From: Octopus sinensis
Lineage: Eukaryota
DNA length: 64,000 nt
Assembly (NCBI RefSeq): GCF_006345805.1
Contig: NC_043010.1
Coordinates: 67,766,001 to 67,830,000 of the forward strand
Direction: 5' to 3'
Shown here: positions 61,017-64,000 of the stretch, piece by piece
How positions within the stretch are numbered: position 1 is the stretch's first letter
Layout of the letters: each line of letters opens with the position of its first letter
The notes under the pieces: model-generated
Seen by the model: only the letters and a program-made list of their open reading frames with translations
Databases searched by the model: none
Told to the model about the DNA's origin: nothing
Translations under genes and position numbers: made by a program

Positions 61017-61955
61017 ATTATAATCACCCCACAAATTTTTATGGATAACACCATACAAAATTCTGGTGCATCTAAATTAAGTACCATATTCATTCGAATC
61101 TAAATTTTCACTTTATATATATATATATAAATAAGGATAAGATCGTTAATTAAAAATAAAACGATTCTTATCATGAGTGGCCAGCATGGAAAAAAATAAC
61201 CTTCAAAGGTGATAATTATTAAAATTACAACTTAGGGTATCTATGAGATACCACCATGCTGAAAACCACCTTAAGTATTCATATAGCAACACGGAGAGAA
61301 GACAAAGAGACAAGATAAAACTAGTAAAAAATTACCAGTAATTACCAGGTGGTTTTAGAGTCAGATCATGGCTGCTATTTTCAGCATGGCAGTATCTCGT
61401 ATATATATATATAATTTCTGATATACAGTCATATAATGAGTTAATTTGTTCCTGGAGAATGCTCATAAAATGAAAACTCATAAACCGAGGGCCTCGTAAA
61501 GCAAAGTATTACTGTATTTGGAAGGCACGATGCCTCAGATTCAAGTGTAAGAAAAAGGGCCATTGTTGTTGATGAAGCAGCCTCTGCATGGTCATCCACC
61601 TTGTTAGAAGCAGTAGCCAAGTCCCTCACAGATCACATCCTACCACCTTTTAAAACAGACATGATGGTTGTGAGCTGGGATGGTTCTTTTGACCATGGGT
61701 CTGCTTGATCAGGACTGATCTACAGCTAATCTTCGACTTTTTTAGTCAAAGAAATCGACCCTAGGACTTATTCTTTGTAAGTCAAGTACTTATTCTATCT
61801 GACTATTTTGCAGAACTGCTAAATAACAGGGATGTAAACACACCAACATTGGTTTTGGGGAAGGGAGGAAACAGACATACACACATATATATAATCTAGT
61901 AGCTCTGCGTTGGTAAAACTTGAAAAAATATAGAAAAAAGTGAAAGAGGTACTCT

Positions 61956-61995
61956 GCGCCCTGACAAAGGATTGAATCCGAAACGTTGGATATTC
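61956..61995 (+). ncRNA. Degenerate minimal hammerhead-like motif
   Basis: CC-CUGACAA-A-GGAU UGA AUCC-GAAAC-GUU|GG. The G8 position is A and stem I is only 2 bp. Confidence 0.35.
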
Positions 61996-62354
61996 CACTC
62001 CTCACGGCAAGTTCACTGTACCCCTTTCACTTTTTGTATATATACATATATATATATGATGGGCTTCTTTCAGTTTCTGTCTACCAAGTCTAGTCACAAG
62101 GCTTTAGTCGGCCCAGGGCTATAGTTGAAGACACTTGTTCAAGGTGCCACATAAGAGGACTGAACCCAGAACCACGTGGTTGGGAAGCAAGCTTCTTACT
62201 ACACACCCATGAAAAAAAAAAAAAAAAAAAAAGGGAGTACAAGGCCAGTAATTTTAGTAGGACCATTTCTCAAACTGGGACTTTTTTTTGACTTTGGAAG
62301 GACGAGAGGATTTTTGTCTGATGCTGTAACTATTCTACCATCTCACCATCGTTA

Positions 62355-64000
62355 ATAATAATAATAATAATCCTTTCTAATAAAAGCACAAGGCTCGAAA
62401 TTTTTGGAGGAGGGGACTAATTGATTACATCAACCCCAGTACTTGACAGGTACTTATTGACCTCAAGGGGATGAAAATCAAAGTCAACCATGGTGGGATT
62501 TGAACTCAGAACGTGAAGATGGATGAAATGCTGCTAAGCATACTGCCTGGTGTGCTAATGATTCTGCCAGCTCGCCCTCTTAATAATAATGCTTCTTGGC
62601 ACAAGGCCAGCAATTTCGGGGAAGGAATGGGTTGATTAGGTTAACCCCAGTACTCAACTGGTACTTATTTTATCATTCCCCGGAAGGGTGAAAGGCAAAG
62701 TCGACCGCAGCAGGATTTGAACTCAGAATGTAAAGACAGATGAAATACCACTAAGCAACTTGCCTGGCGTGCTAACGATTCTGCCAGCTCACTGCCTTAA
62801 TAATAATAATAATAATAATAATCCTTTCTACCGAAAGCACACGGCCATGAAATTTTGTGGGAGGGGACTAGTTGATTACATCAACCCTAGTGTTTGACAA
62901 GTTCTCAATTTATTGACCCCGAAAGGATGAAAGGCAAAGTTGACCTTGGTGTAATTTGAACTCAGAACGTAGTGACGGGTGAAATACCGCTAGGCATTTT
63001 GGTCGGTGTGCTAATGATTCTGCCAGCTCACCACCTTAATAATAATGATAACAACAACAACAACAATAATCTTTAAATAAGGATTTCTCAACATGAGACA
63101 TTGCCTTAAATTTCGAGGCTCAGAACAATCAATAAATATCGACCTCAGTATATTGCTGGTACTTTCTACTTTCTTCACCCCGCCTGCTGCCCCAGAAAGG
63201 ATGAAAGGCAAAGTCAACAACTATAGAATGAAAATATTAATAATGGTTTCTGGTTCCGGCACAAGGATAGCAAATTTAAAGGGGGGCATGGTAAAGCAGA
63301 TACCAACAGCCTGGTTGTTGACTGGTCCATTACTTTGGCAACACCCCTCCAAAAAGAAAAAAAAAAAGACATGAAAGGCATAGCTGACCTTGGCGGGAAT
63401 AATAATAATAATAATAATCCTTTCTACTATAGGCACAAGGCCTGGATTTTGTGAGGAGGGGGAACAGTCAATTACATCGACCCCAGTTTCAACTGGTACT
63501 TATTTTATCGACCCTGAAAGGGTGAAAGGCAAAGTCAACCTCAGCAGAATTTGAACTCAGAATGTAGCGAATGTGTGAAATACCGCTATGCATTTTGTCC
63601 AGCATGCTAACGATTCCGCCAGCTTGCCACCTTTATAATAATAATAATCTTTTCTACTATAGGTACAAGGCTTGAAATTTTTGGGGTGGGGAGCGGGGCT
63701 AGTTTATCATAGTGATCCCCAAAAGTATAAAAGGTGAAGTTGACTTCGGGAGATGAAATGCTGCTAAGCAATGTTGTCTGGTGTACTAAAGGTTCAACCT
63801 GCTAATTTAGATACAAGGCCAAGGGAGGTGGTTAGTTGATTACATTGGTCCCAGTATATGACTGGTACTCTTATTTTTTTTTTTTTTATCGACCAAGGAG
63901 AGATGAAAGGCAAAGTCGACCCCGGTAGGATTTGAACCCAGAAAGCAAAAAAAAAAAAAAAAATCAGAAGAAATACCACAAAGCATTGATCAAACACACT
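62355..64000 (-). repeat. Head-to-tail array of about 8 family-B-related SINEs separated by (AAT)n
   Basis: Same unit structure as 10075-11285; runs off the window end. Confidence 0.88.

Noticed and set aside
22-63997. Most ORF-track ORFs (MCVYIYIY.., HHHH.., ERERER.., MLAWVG.., MLGGQTQT..)
   Set aside because: They are translations of microsatellites and SINEs with no protein-like features.

Overview
Eukaryotic, AT-rich and microsatellite-dense DNA. The SINE families and (TA)n/(AAT)n load point to an octopus (coleoid cephalopod) genome; this is an inference from repeat content. Two protein genes converge tail to tail, and the ORF track misses most of both because they are spliced. (1) On +, the last coding exon (836-1053) of an MFS-type transporter gene resembling MFSD13A/TMEM180. 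(2) On -, a complete 5-exon gene (ATG 53384 to stop 22108, all intron phases consistent) for a 363-aa type I membrane glycoprotein. It has two tandem Ly6/uPAR-like three-finger domains, a S/T/N-rich stalk, one TM helix and a short tail with YxxPhi and acidic dileucine sorting motifs. The rest is mobile DNA: at least five SINE-like families, 3' fragments of CR1, RTE and R4/Dong-like LINEs, mariner and piggyBac remnants, hAT/pogo/TTAA MITEs and Helentron-like elements. The most notable unexplained signal is a set of type I hammerhead ribozyme motifs from several unrelated sequence families. Three look near-intact (30968-31061 +, 52231-52280 +, 54687-54761 -). One sits in the 3' half of a tRNA-headed SINE-like element (58197-58443), and degenerate cores lie in the loops of fold-back elements. 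There is also a near-perfect 566-bp palindrome joined to a 2-kb, ~487-bp-unit tandem array (2881-5507), which may be real or an assembly artefact. All alignments and RNA folds were done by eye; repeat boundaries without a TSD are approximate.
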